Shown here: piece by piece, positions 1-9,056 of the stretch
Layout: each line of letters opens with the position of its first letter
Position numbering within the stretch: the stretch's first letter is position 1
Assembly (NCBI GenBank): GCA_041686115.1
Contig: JAWLEM010000004.1
Coordinates: forward strand, 1-36,002
Reading direction: 5' to 3'
Origin: Bacteroidales bacterium
Lineage (GTDB): Bacteria; Bacteroidota; Bacteroidia; Bacteroidales; UBA12077
DNA: 36,002 nucleotides
The notes under the pieces: model-generated
The model's database searches: none
What the model was told of the DNA's origin: nothing
What the model saw: only the letters and a program-made list of their open reading frames with translations
Made by a program: the position numbers and the translations under genes

Positions 1-130
1 TGTTTTTCGGGACTTGAAACCATGCCTTCGGCAGGTAAACCTGAAACCTGCTCGTCCGGCAGGCGAGTTTGAAATCTGAAATCTGAAACCTGAAACCTGC
101 TCGTCCGGCAGGCGAGTTTGAAACCTGAAA
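1..130. repeat. Dispersed intergenic repeat: TGAAA(C/T)(C/T) heptamer array with embedded palindromes (left copy, truncated by the window edge)
   Basis: CTGAAACCTGCTCGTCCGGCAGGCGAGTTTGAAA occurs at 41-74 and 90-123. GAAACCATGCCTTCGGCAGGTAAACCTGAAA is at 16-46. Bases 1-20 are identical to 35854-35873. The element abuts the nth stop codon. Confidence 0.9.
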
Positions 131-766
131 TCATTTTCCGGTAAAATATTTGCAATAAGCGGTTATCCCACAGCTTTCACATTTTGGTTTTCGGGCAATA
201 CATACATAACGCCCGTGTAAAATTAACCAGTGGTGAGCAATTGGAATTAATTCTTCGGGAATGTACTTTATTAATTGTTTTTCGGTTTCTAATGGTGTTT
301 TTGCGTTGGTGGTTAAACCAATCCGTTTCGAAACACGGTGTACATGTGTGTCAACGGCTAGCGCAGGCTTCTGATAAACTACTGATGCAATAACATTAGC
401 TGTTTTGCGGCCTACGCCAGGAAGTTTTTGAAGCTCTTTTACATCGTCGGGAACAATTTCGTTAAAATCCTCAACCAACATTTTCGACATGCCTGCCAGG
501 TGTTTTGCTTTATTGTTTGGATAAGAACAACTTTTAATGTAATCATAAATTTCCTCAATCGATGCTTGGGACATTTCATATGCTGTTGGGAATCGTTCCA
601 AAAGGGCAGGAGTAATCATATTTACTCTTTTATCGGTGCATTGAGCACTTAAAATAACGGCAACCAGCAGTTCAAAAGGAGTTCCGTATTGTAATTCAGT
701 TTCTGCTACAGGTTTTTCTTTCTGGAAATATTCAATAATATTTTTGAAACGTTCTTTTTTTGTCAT
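131..766 (-). CDS. nth: Endonuclease III (DNA glycosylase/AP lyase)
   Basis: LLVAVILSAQCTD, HhH motif LPGVGRKTANV, AVDTHVHRV, and 4Fe-4S motif CIARKPKCESCGITAYC. Confidence 0.97.
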   Translation of the reverse strand: MTKKERFKNIIEYFQKEKPVAETELQYGTPFELLVAVILSAQCTDKRVNMITPALLERFPTAYEMSQASIEEIYDYIKSCSYPNNKAKHLAGMSKMLVEDFNEIVPDDVKELQKLPGVGRKTANVIASVVYQKPALAVDTHVHRVSKRIGLTTNAKTPLETEKQLIKYIPEELIPIAHHWLILHGRYVCIARKPKCESCGITAYCKYFTGK

Positions 767-788
767 GATTAAAATGAATGATTTTGCC

Positions 789-796
789 CAAAAATA
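789..796 (-). promoter_or_regulatory. Candidate Bacteroidota -7 promoter box for nth
   Basis: TATTTTTG on the minus strand (TAnnTTTG consensus), ~22 nt upstream of the start codon. Short motif in AT-rich DNA. Confidence 0.45.
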
Positions 797-808
797 GTAA
801 AATCAATT

Positions 809-2872
809 TTATTGATCTTGATTTAACGGAAGTGAAATATAAAAAGTGCTACTGCGATTAATTTCCGTTTCATACCATATTTTTCCACCCAATAGTTCAA
901 CAAACTGCTTTGCAATGGTTAATCCAATGCCTAATCCTTCTGAATTATTGGGTAAATTCTTACCTTTTACAAACTGGGAGAATATTTCTCCTGGTTTTTC
1001 TTCTAGTATTCCAATTCCTGTATCAGAAGCAAAAATTTGTAATGTGCCATTATCTTTTTTAATACCCAATTCAACACTCCCTTTACGGGTAAATTTAAAA
1101 GCATTGTCAATAACAAGCATAATAATTTTTTTGAGCAGTTCTTTATCTGTATTAATCAATTGATCTTTTAATTTACTATCAGCGATATAATTAAAATCTA
1201 TTTTTTTAAGCTGAGTCTTGTAACGATTTATTATTTCAAAATGGATTTGATATAAATAGTCGTAAATATTAAATTCAGTATTCTTTATTTCAATACTATC
1301 TGATGCTGCCATTGATAAATCTAATAATCCTTCAATAGTTCCTATCAGGTCTTCGCTGTTTTTACGAATCATATTCCATATTTCGGGTTTCTTTTCATCA
1401 GAAAGTTTCGATTCGGCAATAAGTGAAGAGAAACCAACAATACCATTTAAAGGTGTTCTTATTTCATGCGACAGGTTATTTAAAAACCTGGTTTTAATTT
1501 CGTCTGCTTTTCCTGCATCAGTTTCAGCTAATATCAGTTTTTTATTTAATTCTTCGAGATTAGCTTTTTGATTATTTATCTCCCGGTTTTTTTGTTTTAA
1601 TAACTTATTATTTTTGCGGTAATAAATAATAAAAATTAATAATAGTAAGCTAAACAATATTCCGGCTACCATTATTATATTAAGATATTTAATGGTTTGT
1701 TCTTCTTCTTTAATTTTTAATCTGTTTATTTCGTTTTCTTTTGTTTGTAATCTTAATTTGTGCTCAAGTGAGTTTAATCGGTTTATTTTTTCAACATTGT
1801 AGACTTCCTGGTAAAGTTCAAAGTACTTTTTATAATTCGTAATTGATTGCTTAAAGTTGCCTGTTTGTTCGTAATTTTTGGCTAGTAAATGATAAGATTT
1901 TATTAGTTCATTACTTAAATTTAACTTTTTTGCAAGGTCAACAGCTTTGAACAGAGATTCTACTGATGTACTGAATTGATTTTGAATATAATAATATTCG
2001 CCATATGCTAAATGAGTTCTTGCTAGACCAACCATATCATTAGCATTAATATTGTGATTTTGAGCTTTTTTCAGGTATTTAAATGCCGAGTCGCATTCAT
2101 TCAACTCCAGAAATATATTGGCAAGCATGGTGTGCGATCTCCCTGCACCGACATAATGATGGTGTTTTTCTTCGAGACGGACTCCTTTTCTTAAAGATGC
2201 TAACGCCTTCGAATATCTTTTTTGCTTATAATGCAGCCGCCCCATATTAGAAAAAATAATCCCTACAAAATCTTCCCTTCCTGTTTCTCCTGCAATTTTC
2301 TGGGCTTTATTAAAATAGGTAAGAGCAGTTTCATATTCAAATAAACTTTCATGGATTAATGCAATTAAATTTAATAAAGCAAATTTATTATCCATTGCAT
2401 TATGTTTTTCGAAAAACTGTTCTGCTTCGAGTGAAAATTCAAGCCCTGAGCTATAATTCCCGGTTTCCCAGTAAATATTCGCCAATCCGGTAGAAACTGC
2501 ACTGGCTAATTCTAATTCAATATTCGATTTTGTAAGTGGCCAGGCTTTTTTGTAATAAAATATTGCACTATCATTTTCTTGTTTTATCTGATGAAAACGC
2601 CCCAATAGAAAATAATTCCAGGCTAAACCAAAATCATAGCGCTCGCTTAGCGACAAATCTATATTTTGTATAATAATGTCTTTAATACTATCGGTAGTAT
2701 TACCAATATTTTTTCGCAGTATTTCAATTTTTTTATTGATCAGTTCAATATTTTTTGCGTTCTGAAAAGTATCTCGATTACTATTATTATTAGAATTTAG
2801 GTTTTCCGGAATCAACAGCAAAAAAATAAATAAAACAATTACCTGGATGTATAAGAAATTAAATAATCGCAT
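809..2872 (-). CDS. TPR-repeat periplasmic sensor histidine kinase
   Basis: N-terminal signal/TM segment, TPR-like helices, second TM segment, H-box SHEIRTPLNGIVGF, N-box NAFKFT, G boxes DTGIGI and GLGIGL. Confidence 0.93.
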   Translation of the reverse strand: MRLFNFLYIQVIVLFIFLLLIPENLNSNNNSNRDTFQNAKNIELINKKIEILRKNIGNTTDSIKDIIIQNIDLSLSERYDFGLAWNYFLLGRFHQIKQENDSAIFYYKKAWPLTKSNIELELASAVSTGLANIYWETGNYSSGLEFSLEAEQFFEKHNAMDNKFALLNLIALIHESLFEYETALTYFNKAQKIAGETGREDFVGIIFSNMGRLHYKQKRYSKALASLRKGVRLEEKHHHYVGAGRSHTMLANIFLELNECDSAFKYLKKAQNHNINANDMVGLARTHLAYGEYYYIQNQFSTSVESLFKAVDLAKKLNLSNELIKSYHLLAKNYEQTGNFKQSITNYKKYFELYQEVYNVEKINRLNSLEHKLRLQTKENEINRLKIKEEEQTIKYLNIIMVAGILFSLLLLIFIIYYRKNNKLLKQKNREINNQKANLEELNKKLILAETDAGKADEIKTRFLNNLSHEIRTPLNGIVGFSSLIAESKLSDEKKPEIWNMIRKNSEDLIGTIEGLLDLSMAASDSIEIKNTEFNIYDYLYQIHFEIINRYKTQLKKIDFNYIADSKLKDQLINTDKELLKKIIMLVIDNAFKFTRKGSVELGIKKDNGTLQIFASDTGIGILEEKPGEIFSQFVKGKNLPNNSEGLGIGLTIAKQFVELLGGKIWYETEINRSSTFYISLPLNQDQ

Positions 2873-2895
2873 ATTAAATAATTATAGCTTAAAGA

Positions 2896-2903
2896 CAAAT
2901 ATA
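2896..2903 (-). promoter_or_regulatory. Candidate -7 promoter box
   Basis: TATATTTG on the minus strand, ~23 nt upstream of the 2872 start codon. Confidence 0.45.
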
Positions 2904-2915
2904 ATTAAGATTGGT

Positions 2916-4916
2916 TTAGTCGTGTTGTAATAATTTGTTATTTGTTTTTAACGGTAATATAATATCAAAGTTGCTTCCCCTGCCTTTTTTTGAATCAACA
3001 ATTAAATTGGCGCCAATAAGCTTTGAAAAGTTATAAACTAACGACAATCCAATCCCACTTCCACTTATTTTATTATTAATATGTTCGCTTCCCCTGTGAA
3101 AAGGAGTGAAAAAGTTATCAAGTTTTTCTTTTGGAATACCGGGGCCTGTATCCTGCACAAAAATTTTCAGATCAGAATTATGCTTTTCATAACCAATATT
3201 TATTTCCCCTTTTTCGGTGTATAAAATTGCATTTTTAAGCAACTCAGATATCATCTTTTGAAGGATATACTTATCAGTGCATATGTCTAATTTCGTTTTA
3301 TTAAATATATTAATCTTAATTGTTTTTGTATCAGGAAAATAGTAATCACTTTTTATTTTTGATATTAAATTGCTAAAAAAAGCTGACAGTTCAATTTTCA
3401 CAATATTTAAACGGAATTGGTTTGTTGTTAAATGTGCCAAATCTACAATATTTTCAATGGTTGATATGAGTTCGTTACTGTTTTTTTGGATGATTTGGTC
3501 TATTTCTATCCTTTCTTTTTGGGTAACTTTTTCGCTTGTAATAATTTCAGAAAAACCGACTATTCCATTAAGAGGTGTTCTTATTTCATGCGATATGGTT
3601 TTTAAAAACTGACTTTTTAGTTTATCCGATTCTTCAGCCTTCTCTTTTGCTTTTGATAATGTCCTGTTGCTTCTTTTATAATGAATAATAAAAAAAAGTG
3701 CTACTATTACTAACGTTAAAAGCAAACCACCAATAATAAAAAGTAAACGGTTAATTGTTTGTTGTTTCTTTAGCTCTAACTCAACCAATTCTTTTTCTTT
3801 TTCTTGTTGAATAATTCTATGCTCAAGAGCTTTGGCTTTATTTATTTTTTTTACATCATAAATGCTTTTGTAGAGCTCAAAAAATTCATCTAAATTAGCA
3901 TAAGCCTGTTGGTAGTTTTTTTGTTTTGCGTTGATTTTTGATTTTAAAAATAGTGTTTCGCTTAATACGCTGCTTAGTTTTAATTCAGATGCATAATTAA
4001 TGGCTCTTTCAATATGTAATATGGCATTTTCGAGATCGTTGATTTGGAAATAATAATTTGATACACCCAAAAGTGTTTTAACGAGTCCTATTCTGTTGTC
4101 TGCTTTATTATTATAATCAAATGCCTTAAATAAGAAATACCTTGCAGAATCTAATTGATCCATTTTTAAATAAATATTTGCGATAGTATTGTAAGAATTT
4201 CCTGCATTCGCATATAGTTGGTACTTTTCTTCAATTTTCACTCCTTTTTCATAATAATTAAGGGCTGTATCCAATTTATTTTGATCATAGTATAATTTCC
4301 CCATGTTTGCTAATACAATTCCTGCATAAGCTTCACTACTGTCCTTTAATGCCAGTTCTATCGATTTTTTATAAAATTTTTCGGCTAATTCATACTCCAT
4401 TAAGGTCTGATAACTTAATGCTAATAAATTATAGGTAAAATAATATGATTCTGTAGATTTTTCACGCTCAACTAATTCTTTAAGATTGAGGTTTATTTCT
4501 AATGCAGTACTATAATCGCCTATAGTACGATAAGTGTTGGCTAAATCACGAAAAAACTGAACTTTTAAATTAAGATCATCGAAAGGTAGATTTAATCCTT
4601 TGTTGTAGTAATAAATAGCGCTATCGTAATTATTCCTGGCTCTGTAAGTCTGTGCCAGGTATAAATAACTTCTTTTAATACCGTTATTATATTTAATTTC
4701 TTTAGCATATGCCAGCGTTTCCCTGGTTAAATTCAGAAATGTATCCGACTCATAATCTAAATTATTTTTTATAATATTAAGATCTTGATTAATTAACTCA
4801 ATATCCTTTTTTAATGTAATCGTGTCATTTCTTGTAGGATAATTACAGTAAACGATGTCAATGATTAAAAAAAATGTGAAAAAAAAGGAAAAGGTATATC
4901 GAAGAATATTTTTCAT
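2916..4916 (-). CDS. TPR-repeat periplasmic sensor histidine kinase (tandem paralogue)
   Basis: Same architecture as 809-2872, with SHEIRTPLNGIVGF, NAILYT, DTGPGI and GSGIGL. Confidence 0.93.
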   Translation of the reverse strand: MKNILRYTFSFFFTFFLIIDIVYCNYPTRNDTITLKKDIELINQDLNIIKNNLDYESDTFLNLTRETLAYAKEIKYNNGIKRSYLYLAQTYRARNNYDSAIYYYNKGLNLPFDDLNLKVQFFRDLANTYRTIGDYSTALEINLNLKELVEREKSTESYYFTYNLLALSYQTLMEYELAEKFYKKSIELALKDSSEAYAGIVLANMGKLYYDQNKLDTALNYYEKGVKIEEKYQLYANAGNSYNTIANIYLKMDQLDSARYFLFKAFDYNNKADNRIGLVKTLLGVSNYYFQINDLENAILHIERAINYASELKLSSVLSETLFLKSKINAKQKNYQQAYANLDEFFELYKSIYDVKKINKAKALEHRIIQQEKEKELVELELKKQQTINRLLFIIGGLLLTLVIVALFFIIHYKRSNRTLSKAKEKAEESDKLKSQFLKTISHEIRTPLNGIVGFSEIITSEKVTQKERIEIDQIIQKNSNELISTIENIVDLAHLTTNQFRLNIVKIELSAFFSNLISKIKSDYYFPDTKTIKINIFNKTKLDICTDKYILQKMISELLKNAILYTEKGEINIGYEKHNSDLKIFVQDTGPGIPKEKLDNFFTPFHRGSEHINNKISGSGIGLSLVYNFSKLIGANLIVDSKKGRGSNFDIILPLKTNNKLLQHD

Positions 4917-5033
4917 TCAGTCTATTTTAATTGAAAATTAATACTTAAATTAAATATTTCAAAAATATTCGTTTAATTTTTTTTTATAAATTGATGAATT
5001 GATTTCATTTGTAAACGAAATTACAAAATATAT

Positions 5034-6905
5034 ATGATAAGTTATCTACAGGTTGAGCATTTAAAAAAGTCTTTTGGCGATCTTCTTCTTTTCGAAGGTA
5101 TTACTTTTGGTATTGATAAAGACCAAAAAGTAGCATTGGTTGCTAAAAATGGAACAGGAAAATCTACTTTATTAAATATTATTGCAGGAAAAGATAGTCC
5201 GGATGAGGGAAAGATAACTTTTCGGCGCGATTTAAAGATTGGCTTTTTAGAGCAAAATCCACCATTAAATCTTAAAAACACAATAATAGATGAGGTATTT
5301 CAATCGTCGCAGGAAATTAAAAAGGCCATTATTGAATATAATACAGCTATTGAAACCAAGTCGGATGAATTGCTCACCCAGGCTACAGAGAAAATGGATC
5401 GCCTGCAAGCATGGGGTTATGATGTAAAAGTAAAGCAAATTCTTTCCAAATTAAAAATAGACAGGTATGATCAATTAATAGAAAATTTTTCGGGGGGTGA
5501 AAGAAAAAGAGTAGCTCTGGCAAAAGTTTTGATAGAAGAACCTGATTTGCTTCTACTCGATGAGCCAACCAACCATCTTGATTTAGATATGATCGAATGG
5601 CTGGAAAATTATTTAAAAAATAGCCGATCAACACTCTTAATGGTTACCCATGATCGTTACTTTCTCGACCGGGTTTGTAACGAGATTATTGAAATGGATA
5701 ACTCAAAAATATTTCAATATAAGGGGAATTATACCTATTTTTTAAAAAAGCGGGATGAACGTCTTAAAGCTGAAGAATCTCAGGTAGAAAAGGCAAAAAA
5801 TTTATTGCGAAAAGAAGAAGACTGGATGCGGCGCATGCCTAAAGCTAGAAGCCATAAAGCAAAATACCGGATCGATAATTATTATGAGCTGAAAGATGTT
5901 GCTGGCAATAACCGTAACGAAGATGAAATGCAAATTAATGTGCAATCATCGCGAATGGGAAAGAAGATTGTGAATGTAAAAAACCTGAATAAAAGTTTTG
6001 ATGATCTTACCATTCTGAAAAATTTCAGTTACAATTTTAATCGAGGCGAAAAAATTGGAATTGTTGGCGACAACGGAACTGGAAAATCGACTTTTTTAAA
6101 TCTCATTACCGGAAATATTCCTGCCGATTCAGGACACCTTGAAATTGGAAAAACAGTAGTTTTTGGTTATTACCGGCAGGAAGGAATTAAATATAACGAA
6201 AACCAACGTGTAATTGATATCGTGCAGGAAATCGCCGAAGTAGTAACTCTTGGCAACGGTAAACAAATGAGTGTTAAAGAGTTTCTTAACTTTTTCCTTT
6301 TCCCTTATGATATGCATTATACGCCGGTTTACAAACTTAGTGGAGGCGAAAAGCGTAGATTATACCTGGTAACAGTTTTAATGCAAAAACCAAATTTTTT
6401 GATTCTTGATGAGCCGACCAATGATTTAGACATCATGACACTTGCTGTGCTCGAAGAATATTTATCCACTTTCGATGGCTGCGTTATTATTGTTTCGCAC
6501 GACCGTTATTTTATGGATCAGGTTGTTGATCATTTGTTTGTTTTTAAAGGTAACGGAAGTGTTAAAGATTTTCCCGGAAATTACTCACAATTTAGAGCGT
6601 GGTTGGCTAAGGCTGAAAAAGAAAGAAGAGGGGATATACAACCGATACCAAAAAAAGAAAAAAAGCCTGTTGGCAAGCCTAACGGAACAAAAACCAAACT
6701 TTCTTTTAAAGAAAAACGGGAGTTTGAACAATTGGAAAAAGAAATCGAGCAATTAGAATCCGAAAAACAGGAACTTGAAAAAGAAATTAGTAGCGGTAAG
6801 TTAAAAAGTGATGATTTAATTGAAAAATCAAACCGTGTGGGAGAAATTATTCAATTGCTTGATCACAAATCGGACCGTTGGCTCGAATTAAGTGAGTATG
6901 CTTAA
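5034..6905 (+). CDS. ABC-F family ATPase (Uup/YfmR-like)
   Basis: Two ABC domains (KNGTGKST, FSGGE, LLLLDEPTNHLD; GDNGTGKST, LSGGE, LILDEPTNDLD), no TM segments, C-terminal coiled coil KLSFKEKREFEQLE...RWLEL. Confidence 0.93.
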   Translation: MISYLQVEHLKKSFGDLLLFEGITFGIDKDQKVALVAKNGTGKSTLLNIIAGKDSPDEGKITFRRDLKIGFLEQNPPLNLKNTIIDEVFQSSQEIKKAIIEYNTAIETKSDELLTQATEKMDRLQAWGYDVKVKQILSKLKIDRYDQLIENFSGGERKRVALAKVLIEEPDLLLLDEPTNHLDLDMIEWLENYLKNSRSTLLMVTHDRYFLDRVCNEIIEMDNSKIFQYKGNYTYFLKKRDERLKAEESQVEKAKNLLRKEEDWMRRMPKARSHKAKYRIDNYYELKDVAGNNRNEDEMQINVQSSRMGKKIVNVKNLNKSFDDLTILKNFSYNFNRGEKIGIVGDNGTGKSTFLNLITGNIPADSGHLEIGKTVVFGYYRQEGIKYNENQRVIDIVQEIAEVVTLGNGKQMSVKEFLNFFLFPYDMHYTPVYKLSGGEKRRLYLVTVLMQKPNFLILDEPTNDLDIMTLAVLEEYLSTFDGCVIIVSHDRYFMDQVVDHLFVFKGNGSVKDFPGNYSQFRAWLAKAEKERRGDIQPIPKKEKKPVGKPNGTKTKLSFKEKREFEQLEKEIEQLESEKQELEKEISSGKLKSDDLIEKSNRVGEIIQLLDHKSDRWLELSEYA

Positions 6906-6913
6906 AATGATAT

Positions 6914-7234
6914 CATTGGTGTCCGCTTAAAATTAAAAGAAACGACTGGAAAACTTAATATAGTTGAAATTTACTTAATGTCGCCCCTGCCTACGGTTTG
7001 CGTGCATGCCTACGTTAAATCTCAGGCATGTAAACTGAATGGCATGCAGGCAAGCCATACCATTCGGCAGGCAAGCCTACAGGGCTTACAATTAATGGTA
7101 AGCTGATTTTTACCAAAATATCATCCCTTACGAGACTAAAAAGTCGCAGAGCGACGTAATTATGGTAAAAATACTACAAATGAATGGACAAAGTGCCGTA
7201 GGTACGACATTAAAACTTTAACCGGACAGTAGTG
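6914..7234. mobile_element. MITE-like non-autonomous element (321 bp) with 9-bp target-site duplication and internal REP-like palindromes
   Basis: AAATGATAT flanks both sides (6905-6913 and 7235-7243). Imperfect TIRs: CATTGGTGTCCGCTTAAA versus CACTACTGTCCGGTTAAA (reverse complement of the right end), 14/18 match. No transposase ORF. Confidence 0.85.
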
Positions 7235-7312
7235 AAATGATATATTAATATTAAGTTGATTTTGAACATTGCAAATAATTCTTTAATTTCCTTTTTTATT
7301 TTAGTTTTGGAT

Positions 7313-8134
7313 ATGGATTCAATTAAATCGTTACAAGAGAGAGCTAAAGAACTTCAATGTATCTATAATATTGAGCAAATATTATCTGATCGTTCGTCTA
7401 CCTTTGATAATAATTTTTATAAAATACTTAAAATCATACCGCAAGGATGGCAGTTTCCGAATAAATGCCACGCAAAGATTGAATTTAATGATAAAGAATA
7501 TGCTTTGGATACAGAACCGGTTACAGAATGGAATCAATCATCCGAGTTGGTGGTTGATGATAATATTGTTGGGAAGATCACTGTTTTTTATACCGATATT
7601 CCATTTCAGGGCGAATGTTTTTTACCAGAAGAGCAGAAACTGTTAAATATCATTGCCGATCGTATAAGTCATTTTATCTTTTCCTGCCAGCTTGAAAAAA
7701 CCGTAGAGCTTTTAAAAACAGAAACACCAACTGAAGATGAAAAAGACTATCTGAAAAATACGAGTGACGAACATTGGAAATGGCGTTACAGGATGGCAAA
7801 GAAAATAACAGAAAAAACAAATTTGGAGCACTTTGGAATACAGGCTATTTATATTATTGGAAGTGTAAAAGAAGCCACTGCAGGGCCAGCCAGCGATATT
7901 GACCTGTTGGTTCACTTTACAGGAACTCAGGAGCAGAAAAATACTTTTAAAGCCTGGATCGAAGGATGGAGTTATGCTTTAGAAGATTTTAACCGGCAAA
8001 AAACCGGATTTAGCATAGAAAACGGACTAATTGACCTGCATTTTATTACTGATTCTGATATTGAAAAACAAACAAGTTTTGCTGTTATGATTGGCAGTAT
8101 GTATAATTCTGCAAGGCTTTTAAAAAAACGATAA
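7313..8134 (+). CDS. GAF-like domain plus Pol-beta-superfamily nucleotidyltransferase domain protein
   Basis: ATG at 7313 is the more plausible start (MDSIKSLQERAKEL). C-terminal motif IYIIGSVKEATAGPASDIDLLV (hGS...DhDh) and a later IDLHFI acidic residue. The N-terminal LQERAKEL..IP.GWQFP...FLPEE segment resembles a GAF-like sensory module. Confidence 0.75.
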   Translation: MDSIKSLQERAKELQCIYNIEQILSDRSSTFDNNFYKILKIIPQGWQFPNKCHAKIEFNDKEYALDTEPVTEWNQSSELVVDDNIVGKITVFYTDIPFQGECFLPEEQKLLNIIADRISHFIFSCQLEKTVELLKTETPTEDEKDYLKNTSDEHWKWRYRMAKKITEKTNLEHFGIQAIYIIGSVKEATAGPASDIDLLVHFTGTQEQKNTFKAWIEGWSYALEDFNRQKTGFSIENGLIDLHFITDSDIEKQTSFAVMIGSMYNSARLLKKR

Positions 8135-8138
8135 ATAT

Positions 8139-8987
8139 ATGAATTGCTTTTTTGTGTCCGATTTGCATGGTAAGCTGGATAGGTATTCTAAATTGTTTAA
8201 TATAATAAAAACCGGCCAGCCTGATGTTTTATTTATCGGAGGTGATATATTTCCCAATTTTTATCCACGGATTGAGCATGATTTTGATGATTTTGTTTAT
8301 GATTATTTAATTCCTGAATTTGAAAAATTAAAACTGGAGTTAAACGAAAATTACCCAAAAGTATTTTTAATTCTTGGAAATGATGATCCAAAAATTGAAG
8401 AACCAAAAATTTTAGAAGGAGAGGAAAAACAGCTTTGGTATTATATGCATAATAAAAAAGTTTCATTTGAATCGTTTACTGTTTACGGATATTCTAATAT
8501 TCCGCCAACACCATTTATATTTAAAGACTGGGAACGATACGATGTGTCGCGTTATGTTGATCCCGGATGTATTCATCCTACCGAGGGAAAACGATCAGTT
8601 AAAGAAAATATCGATTTGGAATATACTACTATTCAGGGCGATTTAAAAGATTTAACTGGCGAAGATAGACTTGACAGAGCAGTTTTCTTATTCCATTCAC
8701 CTCCATATCAAACCAATTTGGACAGAGCCGCACTCGACGGACAGAAAGTTGATCATGTGCCTCTTGATTTGCATGTTGGAAGTATAGCCATACAAAGATT
8801 TGTTGAGCAAAAGCAGCCTTTATTAACTTTACATGGACATATTCATGAATCGTCAAGAATAATGGGTGATTGGAAAGAAAAATCAGGTCGAACATGGATG
8901 TTTACAGCGGCATATGAATTTCCGGATTTGGCGGTTCTCAAATTCAATTTAAACAATTTGGATCAGGCCGAAAGAATAATAATTTAG
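8139..8987 (+). CDS. Calcineurin-like metallophosphoesterase
   Basis: Motifs SDLH, GGD, GNDD, FHSPP and HGHIHE. Begins 4 bp after the upstream stop. Confidence 0.92.
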   Translation: MNCFFVSDLHGKLDRYSKLFNIIKTGQPDVLFIGGDIFPNFYPRIEHDFDDFVYDYLIPEFEKLKLELNENYPKVFLILGNDDPKIEEPKILEGEEKQLWYYMHNKKVSFESFTVYGYSNIPPTPFIFKDWERYDVSRYVDPGCIHPTEGKRSVKENIDLEYTTIQGDLKDLTGEDRLDRAVFLFHSPPYQTNLDRAALDGQKVDHVPLDLHVGSIAIQRFVEQKQPLLTLHGHIHESSRIMGDWKEKSGRTWMFTAAYEFPDLAVLKFNLNNLDQAERIII

Positions 8988-9056
8988 TGCATTTTAAATA
9001 AATTTTGTACATCGCAGAATATTCTGTAATTTCATCTCCCCAAAACTCGTAAAAAG

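Noticed and set aside
1-130. CRISPR array (34-bp palindromic unit repeated)
   Set aside because: Only two adjacent copies, separated by 15 bp of heptamer repeats rather than unique spacers; no cas genes.
7313-8987. CBASS or MNT-HEPN defence module
   Set aside because: The NTase domain is minimal, with no CD-NTase-sized C-terminal lobe, and there is no recognisable effector or HEPN partner.
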